Part shown: piece by piece, positions 1-10,838 of the stretch
Layout of the letters: each line of letters starts with the position of its first letter
Position numbering within the stretch: the stretch's first letter is position 1
Source of the DNA: an uncultured Gemmatimonadales bacterium
GTDB lineage: Bacteria; Gemmatimonadota; Gemmatimonadetes; Gemmatimonadales; GWC2-71-9
Direction of reading: 5' to 3'
DNA length: 64,000 nucleotides
Assembly (NCBI GenBank): GCA_963748815.1
Contig: CAVVKJ010000010.1
Coordinates: forward strand, 768,001 to 832,000
Notes under the pieces: model-generated
The model's input: only the letters and a program-made list of their open reading frames with translations
What the model was told of the DNA's origin: nothing
The model's database searches: none
Position numbers and translations under genes: made by a program

Positions 1-3000
1 CACTCGCCGCAGGTGCTGGATGCCGAGTCGCATCGGGGTCAGCGGGTTCTTGATCTCGTGTGCCACCTGCCGCGCCATCTCGCCCCAGGCGAGCACCCGT
101 TCGGCCCGCGAAAGTTCCGTCACGTCGTTGACCGCGAGCACTGCGCCTCCGATTTCCGGTCCGAGCGGCGCGAGCGCGACGGCAAGCCGGCGTGCGCCGT
201 CCGCCAGTTCAGCATGGGTGGGCGCCGAACCGGGCCTCGCCAGAAATGCCTCCACGGCCGCGACCAGTGAGGGCCATTCCCCCCGTAGCGCATCGTCGAA
301 ATTCGCGCCCAGCGCCAGCGCGCCCCCCAGGAGTTCCTCCGCGCGAGGGTTCGCCACCAGCACCTCGCCCGCCGCCCCGATCCCGACCACGCCGGTGGAG
401 ACGGTCGCCAGCACCGCGGCGGTCGTCCGCCGCGACTCCTCGAGCTCCACGCGACTCTGTCGAATGTCCTCCGCCATGCGCGCAAAGGCAGCCACCACCG
501 GTTCGAATTCGACCGGCGGGGGCACCGACCGCTTCGGCGGCGGCGCCCCGCGGCCGAGGGCCAGGGCCGCACGGCGTAGCTCAGCGACCGGCCGAGCCAG
601 GGCCTCGGCCACGCCGCGCGCGGCGGCCACGGCCGCGGTCAGGCCGAGCACCAGCGCGAGCAGCAAGAGCCAGCCGAGATCGGCCTGGCTGGCGGCGAGT
701 CGAGTCACCTCCGCCCCGCGCGGCGCCGCCAGCACCACCAGCTGATCGCCGGAGCCCGGCCGCTCGACGCGGTAGCCGACACGCCCCCCCCGCCCAAGGA
801 GGGGCTCATCGGCCGCCGACTCCACCTCCCCGCCAAACGCCAGCACCTGGTAGGCCGCGGCGTCCTGCAGCGGCGCGAGGATCGCCAGCGCCGCAAGGAC
901 GGAGTCGGTGGCCGCGACACGCGTCCCGCCACGGTACAGGGCAAGGTCGGCCCGAAACCGCCCCGCGAGGCGGTCGAGCGTGGTCACCGCGAAGGCCGGC
1001 GCGACGGACGGATCGCTCGAGGCCGCGGCCACGTCACGCAACACCTGGGTGATGGCGTCGTCTCGCTCCCTGGCCGCCTCTCCGTTCAGCCGGGAGAGTT
1101 CCCAGATGGCGAAGCCGACTGCGGGGACAAGGAAGAAGGCCGCCAGCGCGATCGCCACGCGCACCCGGAAGGAGCGCCGGACCCGCTGCCAATTCGGGAG
1201 CGCCGGCGGCATCCCGGCGATCGCCTCGGCCAGCAACCAGATGAGGGCCAGCACCACCGCATCGAGGACCACCACCAGCGCGCCCCGCACCAGCAGCGGG
1301 AAGGGTCCGCGGAGGTCGACATCCGCATGCGTCGTCCGGACGCCGTCCGGCATCACGACCGCCCGCTCGCCGTGGACGGCCCAGGATTCCCTGCGCCAGC
1401 GGAGCCGGCGGGCGTCGGGGGTCAGCCCCGGCGTGGGCGGCGAGAGCGTCATCCGGTACGACGGTTCCGACAGCGCGCCCGGATCGAGGAGCGCGCCGAG
1501 GCGGTCCGGCACGAGCAGCTGCGTCCGGGGACCGACGGCAACGGTGAGCAGGTCGCCCGACGCGAGGCGGAGCGAAAGCACCTGGTACACGCCAGGCACG
1601 CCCCGCACCGTCGACACCCGCATCGATGCATCCGCCGGCAGGGCGACGGCCAGCGCCGCCACCGCGGCCTCTGACAGGTCCAGGGAATCGAGCCCGAGCG
1701 ACGCGAATGCGGACCCGTCGGGCCTCCGGAGCGCGAGCCGCACCGGATAGTCGGCCAGGTCAGCGCGCGCCGCCAGCCACCGGACGTAGAGCTGCGACGC
1801 ATCCTGCGGCGCGGGCGTCGCGCCGAGCGTGGCCCCGGCACGCTGCAGCAGGGGCACCACCACCGGGTCCAGCGTGGGACCCTGACGCATGGCATCCTGT
1901 TGGGCCGACTCGAGCCGGCTTTCCGTCATCGCCCCCCAGGTGAGCAGCGCGGCGGCACTGCCTGCCACCGTTGCGATGCCGAGGATGGTCACGCCGCGCG
2001 CCGCCGGGCGGGTCACGAGGAGCAGCCCCGGCAGCCAGAGGAAGATGTACCAGCCCTCCCAGCCGGACCCCGGATGCCAGACATACAATCCCGCCGCCGC
2101 GGCGACGATGGTCAGCGCCATCCCAAGCCAGACCGCGGTCGGCCCACCGATCCTGGCCGGCGGCCCCCGGAAGAGCGCCGCCGCGATGACGGCCAGGGCC
2201 ATGGAGGCCAGGGCCAGCGTCAGCTGCCAGCCGAGCCAGAGCCCGAGGGAGACGCCCGCTGGCGGGGGAGTGATCCCGCGCGCGAAGTAGCGCAGCACCA
2301 CCGGCGCACCAAGGAGGAGCAGGACCCCGAGCGGAACGGAAAACCAGTGGCGGCGGGGCGGACGGTTCCAGAGCGCCACGGCCAGCAGCGTGAGCAGGAG
2401 CGCGAGGGACGCGAGCGCGCCGGCGGAATTGCCGATGGGTCCGAGCGCCGGGCGGAAGAAGACCATCGGGGAGAAGAAGAGGTCGAACCCAAGAGCGGCG
2501 CCGATCGGGGCGCGGCTGAGCACGCCCACGCCCAGCGCGAGCACCGCATACCGGGCGACCGAATGCCCAGCCGCCAGGACGGTCAGGAGGAGCGTCAGCA
2601 GCAGCACCCAGGCCGTGACACGGACTCCTCCCGCCCGGGCCGATTCGCTCGCCTCCTCGAGCTCGGGGGGAACCGGCTCGACGCTGAACAAGAGTCGCGG
2701 CCCAGCCGTGGTCGGTTCGGAATAGTCAAACACGTCCGGCGTGTCCGGCGCGGTTCCGGCCGGGTAGACGCGGAGTCCCACACCCGTCCGCGCCCGAAAG
2801 TCCTCCGTCACGGACTGCACTCGCTCCGGAACCGCGGAGGAGGCCCAGACCACGACCGAGCCCACCGCGCGCCGCTCCAGCGGGGCATCGCGCGTCACCT
2901 CGAGCACCAGGTAGAAGGGGTTGTCGGTCGTCGAGACGGGACGACCGTCCCCTCTCGGTGCCAGTCGATGAGATCCGGCCCACGCCTGCACGCGCCCAGC

Positions 3001-3441
3001 CTCGTCGAGAAGGGCGACGCCGGCTTCCAGCCCCGCACCAGCCACCGTCTTTTCCAGCGCGAGGAAGGTCAGTTGCAGGTTGCTCGGCGCGGCGCTGGCT
3101 TCGTCGGCGAGGCGATTGGCGAGGAGGTAGGCGGCGTGCAGGTCGCCGGCCAGCCGATCGGTGGCCCGGTCGACCCGCGCCTGCTGGATGGTGGGCCAGT
3201 ACGCCTCGAGTTGCGCCAGGCGCCATTCGGTGATGAGCGGGATGAGGGCCAGTCCGGTGAGCGCCGCCGCAATCACCCGGGACCGCCAGCCGACCCAGGG
3301 GCGCAGCCCCACCGTGCTGACGACCGCGGCCAGGCAGGTGGCGAGCATCCAGGGCGTGGTCGGAGTGCGCAGCCATTCCCCGGCGGCGACGACCGTCAGA
3401 GCAGCCCCGGGGAGCCACCAGCGATGCGGGGAGGAGGTCAC
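1..3441 (-). CDS. Large multi-TM sensor histidine kinase, NtrY-like (HAMP-PAS-HisKA), 3' end beyond window
   Basis: Manual translation: GTG at 3441 (VTSSPHRWWLPGAALTVV...), in frame with HAMP-like LSRPVAELRRAALAL...FARMAEDIR and H-box ERVLAWGEMARQVAHEIKNPLTPMRL at ~20-110. Absent from ORF track because no stop lies in the window; middle not translated codon by codon. Confidence 0.85.
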   Translation of the reverse strand, partial: MTSSPHRWWLPGAALTVVAAGEWLRTPTTPWMLATCLAAVVSTVGLRPWVGWRSRVIAAALTGLALIPLITEWRLAQLEAYWPTIQQARVDRATDRLAGDLHAAYLLANRLADEASAAPSNLQLTFLALEKTVAGAGLEAGVALLDEAGRVQAWAGSHRLAPRGDGRPVSTTDNPFYLVLEVTRDAPLERRAVGSVVVWASSAVPERVQSVTEDFRARTGVGLRVYPAGTAPDTPDVFDYSEPTTAGPRLLFSVEPVPPELEEASESARAGGVRVTAWVLLLTLLLTVLAAGHSVARYAVLALGVGVLSRAPIGAALGFDLFFSPMVFFRPALGPIGNSAGALASLALLLTLLAVALWNRPPRRHWFSVPLGVLLLLGAPVVLRYFARGITPPPAGVSLGLWLGWQLTLALASMALAVIAAALFRGPPARIGGPTAVWLGMALTIVAAAAGLYVWHPGSGWEGWYIFLWLPGLLLVTRPAARGVTILGIATVAGSAAALLTWGAMTESRLESAQQDAMRQGPTLDPVVVPLLQRAGATLGATPAPQDASQLYVRWLAARADLADYPVRLALRRPDGSAFASLGLDSLDLSEAAVAALAVALPADASMRVSTVRGVPGVYQVLSLRLASGDLLTVAVGPRTQLLVPDRLGALLDPGALSEPSYRMTLSPPTPGLTPDARRLRWRRESWAVHGERAVVMPDGVRTTHADVDLRGPFPLLVRGALVVVLDAVVLALIWLLAEAIAGMPPALPNWQRVRRSFRVRVAIALAAFFLVPAVGFAIWELSRLNGEAARERDDAITQVLRDVAAASSDPSVAPAFAVTTLDRLAGRFRADLALYRGGTRVAATDSVLAALAILAPLQDAAAYQVLAFGGEVESAADEPLLGRGGRVGYRVERPGSGDQLVVLAAPRGAEVTRLAASQADLGWLLLLALVLGLTAAVAAARGVAEALARPVAELRRAALALGRGAPPPKRSVPPPVEFEPVVAAFARMAEDIRQSRVELEESRRTTAAVLATVSTGVVGIGAAGEVLVANPRAEELLGGALALGANFDDALRGEWPSLVAAVEAFLARPGSAPTHAELADGARRLAVALAPLGPEIGGAVLAVNDVTELSRAERVLAWGEMARQVAHEIKNPLTPMRLGIQHLRRV

Positions 3442-3459
3442 CCGCGTATTATACGCAGA
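3442..3459. promoter_or_regulatory. Candidate bidirectional -10 element between divergent start codons
   Basis: Near-palindrome GCGTATTATACGC; TATAAT on minus (3448-3453) 6 nt before GTG 3441, TATTAT on plus (3447-3452) 7 nt before ATG 3460. Confidence 0.6.
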
Positions 3460-4113
3460 ATGAGTTCGACAACGCCCTGGCGGCTCAAGGAATTGTCTCC
3501 GGCGGAGGTGGAGCGCTGCCTGGCCCGCCGCCCGGCGCTGATCCTTCCCGTCGGTTCCACCGAACAGCACGGTGCCCACCTCCCGCTCGGCATCGACACG
3601 ATCCTGGTCGAGCGGCTGGCGGACGACCTGTCGGCGCGATTTGGAATCCTGAGGGCGCCGGCGGTGGAGTATGCCGCCAACCGGGATCCCCACCGCCCTC
3701 TCCCGGGCAGCGCCCCGCTCGGCCGGAAGACGCTGCATCGGCTGATGAACGAACTGATTGAGGCGTGGGAGCTGGGAAGCGGCGTTCGGGAGTTCGTCGT
3801 GATCACCGCCGAGGGGCACGAGGCGCACCAGGAGGCGCTCAGCACCCTGCTGGTCATGGAGGCTCGGGTGCAGGTCGTCGACATCTTTTCGCTCGACTTT
3901 GGTTCCCTGCTCGAGCGACCCGGGATTCCGGCCCACGGCGGCGAATTGGACACGTCCCTGCTCCTACACCTCGCGCCCCACCTGGTGCGCATGGAAGTTG
4001 CGATGGATACGCCTGAGGCACGCCCCTCCCTTTCCACCCCGGAAAAGGGGGCGCGACTCTATCAGTTCATTCTGGACCGTGTCGCGGTCCGCTGCCTGCA
4101 CCAGGAGTCCTGA
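3460..4113 (+). CDS. Creatininase/creatinine amidohydrolase family protein
   Basis: LPVGSTEQHGAHLPLGIDT and HGGELDTS motifs; ATG at 3460 inside ORF 1900..4113. Confidence 0.85.
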   Translation: MSSTTPWRLKELSPAEVERCLARRPALILPVGSTEQHGAHLPLGIDTILVERLADDLSARFGILRAPAVEYAANRDPHRPLPGSAPLGRKTLHRLMNELIEAWELGSGVREFVVITAEGHEAHQEALSTLLVMEARVQVVDIFSLDFGSLLERPGIPAHGGELDTSLLLHLAPHLVRMEVAMDTPEARPSLSTPEKGARLYQFILDRVAVRCLHQES

Positions 4114-4745
4114 TGCGAGCCTGGCACCTGCTCCTTTGCGTCGCCTGTCTGGCCACGCCGCTGGTCGCCCAACAGGCTGACCGCGGGGTCTTTTCGATTC
4201 AGCGCGGTGAGACGCCGCTGGGGCGGGAGGAGTTCAGTCTCCAGCCCACGACCACCAGCGGCGGCGGATCAATCCTCGCGTCGCTCGCGCGGTATCCCGC
4301 CGCGGGACCGACGGTCCAGATCCAGGCCGTGGTGGAGCAGAACGCGGCCGGGGCCATCGTCGCGCTGCAGCTGGACACCCGCAATCCGGCCGGGGTCAGC
4401 CGTGTCTACGGCGCCGCGCTCAAGGACAATCTCACCATCCGCCAAACGACTTCCGCCGCAGAATCGGTGCGGGAATATCCCCGTGCCGGGGGGATCGTCA
4501 TCCTCGATGACAGCGTGTTCGCGCTCTACCAGGTAGTCGCCCAGCGCGCCACGGCCGCCGGGGCGCGCATGCAGGTCCTCTTTCCCCGGTCTGGCCGCCG
4601 CGGGCAGCTGACGGCGACGCTGGCGGACCCGACGACGATTGACGTGAGCGGCACGGTCACCGGGACGCTGACTGTCGATGCCACCGGACGCCTGATGCGC
4701 GTCGTCCTCGCCGACGGCCTCGCCGCCATTCGCCAGTCCAAGTAG
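4113..4745 (+). CDS. Secreted hypothetical protein (beta-rich)
   Basis: Signal peptide MRAWHLLLCVACLATPLVAQQ; start overlaps upstream stop (TGATG). Confidence 0.75.
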   Translation: MRAWHLLLCVACLATPLVAQQADRGVFSIQRGETPLGREEFSLQPTTTSGGGSILASLARYPAAGPTVQIQAVVEQNAAGAIVALQLDTRNPAGVSRVYGAALKDNLTIRQTTSAAESVREYPRAGGIVILDDSVFALYQVVAQRATAAGARMQVLFPRSGRRGQLTATLADPTTIDVSGTVTGTLTVDATGRLMRVVLADGLAAIRQSK

Positions 4746-4817
4746 CCGCCGGGCCGCCCCCGAAGTTGTTGCCTGGTATTATCTTCCCCCCAGTTCGTCC
4801 CAAGCTGAAACTCATCA

Positions 4818-4842
4818 TGCGCCCCCCTCGTAGGGGGGCGCA
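4818..4842. other. Perfect 11-bp hairpin upstream of tolC
   Basis: TGCGCCCCCCT-CGT-AGGGGGGCGCA, downstream of TGgTATTAT (4774-4782). Confidence 0.5.
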
Positions 4843-4881
4843 CGACAATTTCCACCGCCCGATCACACTGGGGAAGACTTC

Positions 4882-6247
4882 ATGACGCACTGGAAGCGGT
4901 TGCTCGTGCTCGGCCTGTTCGTTCCCGCCATGGCCGTGGCCCAGCAGCCCACGACACCGGCGCCGACAGCAACGCTTGAACCGGCGCCGACCGCCGGCGT
5001 TTCGCTACAGGACGCGATCAGCTCCGCGCTGGCCAACAACCCCGAGTATCTCCAGTGGCTCAACAACGAGAGCCCGGCAAGCCTGGCGGTCAAGAGCGCC
5101 TACGCCACGTTCGTCCCGTCGGCCAGCGTTTCGGCGGGCTTCAACTACACCGGGTCGGGCTCCTCCAACTTCGGCGGCACGAACGTCATCAAGACGTCGT
5201 CCTCCATCGGGTCGAGCTACAGCATCGATCTTGGATGGAATCTGAACGGGCGTGTGCTGTACGGACCGGCCCAGTCCAGGGCGGGCCTGCGGGCGACCCA
5301 GGAGCAGATCGCGGCAGCCAACGTCCAGCTCCGCTCGGCCGTCAACACGCAATACCTGAACGTGCTGCAGAGCAATGCCCGGATCGATGTCGTCACCCAG
5401 CAAGTGGCCCGAAACAAGGTGTTCCTCGATCTGGCCAAGGCTCGGTACCAGGTCGGGCAGGCCACGATGCTTGATGTGCGGCAGGCGGAGGTGACGCTGG
5501 GGCAGTCCGAGGTCGACCTCCTTGTCGCCAAGCAGGCGAATGCCGACGCCCGATTGCAGCTGTTCCAGTTGATGGGCGTCACCGCCACCGGCCGGATTCG
5601 ACGCGGTCGTGCTCACGGACTCGTTCCCGGTGCTGGAACCGGCGTACTCGCTGGACAGCCTGCTGAATACGGCGGCCGTCGTGAATCCGAACCTCCTGGC
5701 CGCGGAAGCTTCGGCGCAGGTGAGCAAGTTCAGCCTGAGCGTCGTGAAGAGCGAGTATTTCCCGACCTTGCGCGCGGGGGCCAACTGGAACGGGTACACC
5801 CAGCAGTACACCGACCAGGATACGCTCCAGACCTTCCCGTTCGACTTCACGACGCAGCCGTTCACGATCTTTGCCGGACTCTCGTGGCCCATTTTCGATG
5901 GCCTGCAGCGCGAGACCCGTGTGTCCGACGCCAAGGCGCGGCGCGACGACGCGCTGGAGCAGGTGCGTGCGCAGTCGCTGCTGGTTCGGACCCAGGTGAC
6001 CAGCCGGTACCTGGCGATCGGCGCCACGTACAAGGCGATCGGCGTGGCGGAGGCCAACAAGGCCGCCGCGGCCGACCAGCTCCGCCTGGCGCAGGACCGG
6101 TACCGCCTCGGCCAGGGTACCGCGCTCGAACTCTCGGACTCCGAGGGCGCGGTGCAGCGCGCCGACGGCACGTACGTCGACGCCATCTATGGATTTCACA
6201 AGGCCGTGGTCGCGCTCGAAGAGGCGGTCGGGCAACCCCTTCGTTAA
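4882..6247 (+). CDS. TolC-family outer membrane efflux protein (frameshift ~5590)
   Basis: Signal peptide; SLQDAISSALANNP; AKARYQVGQATMLDVRQAE and AQDRYRLGQGTALELSDSE OEP repeats split across ORFs 4882.. and 5609..6247. Confidence 0.88.
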
Positions 6248-6262
6248 TCCCGAGGACCCACA

Positions 6263-7549
6263 ATGTCACGTCGTACCAAGTTCGGACTCATCGCCGCCAT
6301 CCTGATCGTCGTGGTCGGCGGACTCTCCTTCCTGACGGCGGCCAACCGCAACAAGCGGGCGGTCGAGGTCCGGTTCGACACGGTCCAGCCGCAGAACCTC
6401 GTGGCCTCGGTCACGGCCAGCGGCCGGATCGAGCCGCAGACGAAGGTGGATATCAGCGCCGACATCACCGGGCGCATCACCCAGATCGCGGTCAAGGAAG
6501 GCGACTGGGTCAAGAAGGGGCAGTTCCTGCTCCAGATCGACCCGGCGCAGTATGAGGCGGCCGTGGCCCGCACGGAGGCGCTGCTCTCGGCCTCCACCGC
6601 GTCCCAGGTCCAGGCCAAGGCCAACTACGACCAGGCCGAGCGGACCGCCAACCGGGCCACGGGAGCTCAGCACCAGCAGCCCCAACCTGATCTCCACCGA
6701 GGCGGTGGAACAGGCGCAGACCGCGTTCGACGTGGCGAAGGCGAACCTGAACGCCGCCAACGCCCAGGTGGCGCAGAACCGCGCCACCGCTCCAGGATGC
6801 GCGAGGACCAGCTGGCCAAGACGCGGCTCATCAGCCCGCTCGACGGCCGGGTCACGCGGCTGAACGTCGAAGTTGGCGAAGTCGCCGTGCCGGGCACCTT
6901 CTCGCGCGAGACCGCGCTCCTCATGACCGTGGCCGACCTCTCCGTCATCCTGGCCAAGGTGCAGGTGGACGAGACCGACGTCGTGCGCCTGGCGCTCGGC
7001 GACTCGGTGCGGGTCACGATCGATGCCTTCCCTGACACGGCGTTCGTGGGGCGCGTCACCGAAGATCAGCAACAGCGCGCAGCTGACCGCGACGGCCACC
7101 GCCGCCGGCTCCTCCGACCGCGCGGTGGACTTCGACGTCGAGATCACCCTGGCGAATCCGCCGGAGGACATCCGGCCGGACCTGAGCGCGACCGCCAAGA
7201 TCATCACCGACACCCGTACGCAGGTGCCGAGCGTGCCGATCATCGCCCTGACGGTGCGGCAGCACGAAGTTGTTCCCAACGAGAGCGCGCCCGCGACCAC
7301 GCCGCCGGCCGACAGCTCCGCGCAAGAAGATGACGGACACGGAAGGGGTCTTCGTCGTCCGCGAAGGCGTCGCGACCTTCACCCCCGTGAAGGTGGGCAT
7401 CGCCGGCGAGGAGTACTTCGAGGTGCTCTCCGGCGTGCAGCTCGGCGACTCGATCGTGGCCGGCACCTACCAGACGATCCGCGACCTGCAAGGACAGCGC
7501 GAAGGTCCGCGCGGCCAAGCTGCCCCCGCCGGGCGGGAGCAAGAAGTAA
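6263..7549 (+). CDS. MacA/HlyD-family periplasmic adaptor (several frameshifts)
   Basis: N-terminal [73 protein letters not shown] 7547-7549. Confidence 0.85.
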
Positions 7550-8252
7550 TGAGCGATCTCGTCATTGCCGTCCGCGCGCTCGCGCGGTCCTACGAAATGG
7601 GCGCCGAGGTGGTCCAGGCGCTCCGCGGTCTCGATCTCGAGATCCGCCGCAACGAGTACGTGGCCATCATGGGGCCGTCGGGCTCGGGCAAGTCCACGCT
7701 GATGAACATGATCGGCTGCCTGGACACCCCGTCGAGCGGCGAGTACTGGCTCAACGGCCAGGAAGTCTCCCGCATGGGCGACGACGCCCTGGCCCGGGTG
7801 CGGAACAAGGAGATCGGCTTCGTGTTCCAGACCTTCAACCTGCTGCCGCGCGCCACGGCGCTGCACAACGTCGAGCTGCCGCTGGTGTACGCCGGCACGA
7901 CCGCCCGCGACCGGCGGGCGCGGGCCGAGGAGGCGCTGGCGCGGGTCGGGCTGGCGGACCGGATGCACCACCGCCCGAACGAGCTCTCCGGCGGGCAGCG
8001 GCAGCGGGTGGCCATCGCGCGCGCCCTGGTCAACCGAGCCCTCGATCCTGCTGGCCGACGAACCGACCGGCAACCTCGACAGCTCCACGAGCGACGAGAT
8101 CATGCGGGTCTTCGAGCAGCTGCACGCGCGAGGGGCAGACCGTGATCATGGTGACCCACGAGGCGGACATCGCGGCCCACGCGCACCGCGTGGTGGTGCT
8201 GCGCGACGGCCGGGTCGAGAGCGACGTGCTCAGCCAGCCGAAGGCGGCCTGA
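7549..8252 (+). CDS. ABC transporter ATP-binding protein, MacB/LolD family (frameshifts near 3' end)
   Basis: Walker [10 protein letters not shown], signature [26 protein letters not shown] and VTHE in shifted frames. Confidence 0.92.
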
Positions 8253-8256
8253 CCCG

Positions 8257-9507
8257 ATGCCGATCTGGGAAGCGGTCACGATGGCGCTCCGCACCATCCG
8301 GGCGCAGAAGCTGAAGAGCTTCTTCTCCCTGATCGGCGTGCTCATCGGCGTCATGTTCCTGATCGCGGTCGTCTCGATCGTGCAGGGCATGAACGTGTAC
8401 ATGGAGGACCAGTTCGCCAATCGGCTGATCGGGCTGAACATCTTCCAGGTGCGCCAGCGGCCGGGCATCACCACCGGCGACGTGCACGCGAGGAAACGTG
8501 GCGTCAGCTGGCGCCGGCGGCCGCGGATCACCTACGCCGACGCCGACTACATCAAGGCGCGGCTCACCGACCCCCGCGACCATCGCGATGTACTGCGCCG
8601 ACCGGATGCCGCTCAGCTACGCCGGGCAAGACCGCCAAGGACATCGATCTCGTCGGCACGGAGGAGACCTACTTCAAGATCAAGAATTACGACATCGCCA
8701 ACGGGCGGGCCTTCTCCGCCCAGGAGGTCCGGGCCGCGCAGACCGTGGTGGTCCTGGGCGACCTCGTGGCCGAAAAGCTCTTCCCGGGCAGGATCCCGTC
8801 GGGAAAGAAGTCGCTCATCGCGGCCTGCCGCTACCGGATCGTCGGCGTGGTGGCCAAGCAGGGGACGCTGTTCGGCATCTCGCTCGACAAGTTCGCCATC
8901 ATGCCCTACACCGCGCCGGCGCGCCGGTACATCTGCCCGATCAACATCCTCGACGACATTCAGATCCAGACCGCCGGGCCCGACCGACATGCGTGGCGGC
9001 GATGGACGAGGTCGAGGCGCTGATGCGGATCCGGCGCGGGCTCAAGCCGGCGCAGGAGAACAACTTCTACCTGCAGACGGCGGAGGGCGCCCTCGAGGGC
9101 TGGAAGCGGATCTCCAAGATCCTCTTCATGGCGCTGCCGGGGCTGGTGGCCATCTCGCTGGTGGTCGGTGGCATCGTGATCATGAACATCATGCTGATGG
9201 CGGTGTCGCGAGCGCACCCGGGAGATCGGCATCCGGAAGGCGCTCGGCGCCAAGCGGCGTGACATCCTGGCGCAGTTCGTGGTCGAATCGGCCACGCTGT
9301 CGGTCGTCGGCGCCGTCCTCGGCATCGGCGCCGGAATCCTGCTGGCGTTCGCGGTGCGCGCACTCTCCGCCGCTCCCGGCCGCCGTCGCCCCCTGGTCGA
9401 TCGTCGTCGGGCGTCGCGCTCGGCATCTTCGTCGGCATGGTGGCGGGCGTCTACCCGGCCACGCGCGCCAGCCTGCTGGATCCCATCGCGCGCTCCGCGC
9501 CGAATAG
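8257..9507 (+). CDS. MacB/FtsX-type ABC permease 1 (multiple frameshifts)
   Basis: [48 protein letters not shown] across frames. Confidence 0.85.
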   Translation: MPIWEAVTMALRTIRAQKLKSFFSLIGVLIGVMFLIAVVSIVQGMNVYMEDQFANRLIGLNIFQVRQRPGITTGDVHARKRGVSWRRRPRITYADADYIKARLTDPRDHRDVLRRPDAAQLRRARPPRTSISSARRRPTSRSRITTSPTGGPSPPRRSGPRRPWWSWATSWPKSSSRAGSRRERSRSSRPAATGSSAWWPSRGRCSASRSTSSPSCPTPRRRAGTSARSTSSTTFRSRPPGPTDMRGGDGRGRGADADPARAQAGAGEQLLPADGGGRPRGLEADLQDPLHGAAGAGGHLAGGRWHRDHEHHADGGVASAPGRSASGRRSAPSGVTSWRSSWSNRPRCRSSAPSSASAPESCWRSRCAHSPPLPAAVAPWSIVVGRRARHLRRHGGGRLPGHARQPAGSHRALRAE

Positions 9508-9519
9508 CGAGGAGACGCC

Positions 9520-10770
9520 ATGTCACAGACCTATTAGTCGGGCCTTCGAAGGCATCGGCATCGCGCTCGACTCGCTGCGGGCCAGCAAGGTGCGCGCGGC
9601 GCTGACCATCCTCGGCGTGGCCATCGGCGTCATGGTCGTGATCGCGATGGCCTCGGCCATCACCGGCATCAACCGGGCGCTCGAGAAGGAGCTGGAGTCG
9701 GCGGGCCCGCGCACCTTCTTCGTGCAGCGCTTCTTCCAGGGCGGGCTCAACATCTCCGACGGCTCGGACGAGCTGTCGCCGTGGCGGAAGAATCCCTGGA
9801 TCACGGTGGAGGAGTCGGAGATGATCCGCCAGCTCCCGGCCATCCAGGAAGTGTCCATCGACGAGTCCACCGGCGGACCAGTCAAGTACGGCGACACCGA
9901 GCTGCCCAACGTGGGCATCGCGGGCTTCGGGCCCGCGTGGGTGTACGTCGACCGGTGGAGAGATCGTGGCCGGCCGGAGCTTTACGGCCATGGAGTATGC
10001 GGCCGGCGCCCGAGTCGCCGTGATCAACGACAAGGTGGCGGAGCGGCTCTTCCCGGGCCTCGACCCGCATCGGGAAGACGATCAAGATCTTCGGGCAGCC
10101 TTTCCAGGTGATCGGGCTGCACGTGGCGGCCGCCTCCCTGTTCGGCGGCGGCGACCAGGCCCGGCTCGCAATGCCGCACACCACGTTCGAAAAGGTGGCG
10201 GACTACTGGAAGGGTTGGATGAGCATCTCGGTCATGCCCGTGGACGGAGTGACCGTGGACGAGGCCCAGGACCAGGTGGTGGCCGCGCTCCGTGGGAGCC
10301 GCGGGCTCAAGCCGGCTCAGGAAAACAACTTCGCCATCCTGACCCAGGACCGGATCCTCGAGACGTTCGACAGCATGACGAGCGCCTTCTTCCTCGTGAT
10401 GCTGGCGCTCTCCAGCGTCGGCCTGATGGTCGGCGGCGTCGGCGTGGTGGCCATCATGATGATCTCGGTGACCGAACGCACCCGCGAAATCGGCGTGCGG
10501 AAGGCGCTCGGCGCCACCCGGCGCGAGGTCCTCTTCCAGTTCCTGGTCGAGGCGGCCACGCTCACCCTGGTCGGCGGCGTGGTCGGCATGATGCTCGGCG
10601 GTCTCATCGCGCTGGCCATCAACAAGCTGACCCCGATTCCCGCAGCGGTCCCGCTCTGGTCCGTCGTCGTGGCACTCCTCGCCTCGATCGTGACCGGCAT
10701 CATGTTCGGCATGTATCCCGCCAACAAGGCCAGCAAGCTCGATCCGGTGGAGGCGCTGCGATACGAATGA
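9520..10770 (+). CDS. MacB/FtsX-type ABC permease 2 (frameshifts)
   Basis: [55 protein letters not shown]. Confidence 0.88.
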
Positions 10771-10778
10771 GGCGGGTC

Positions 10779-10828
10779 AGCGGGGCCGCGGGGCCGCCCC
10801 CCTGCCCCGCTGCCCAGCGGCCCCGCTA
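10779..10828. repeat. GCGGGGNN-type repeat in inverted (hairpin) arrangement
   Basis: AGCGGGGCCGC ... GCGGCCCCGCT 11-bp IR with internal CTGCCCCG units. Confidence 0.6.
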
Positions 10829-10838
10829 GTTTTCCCCT

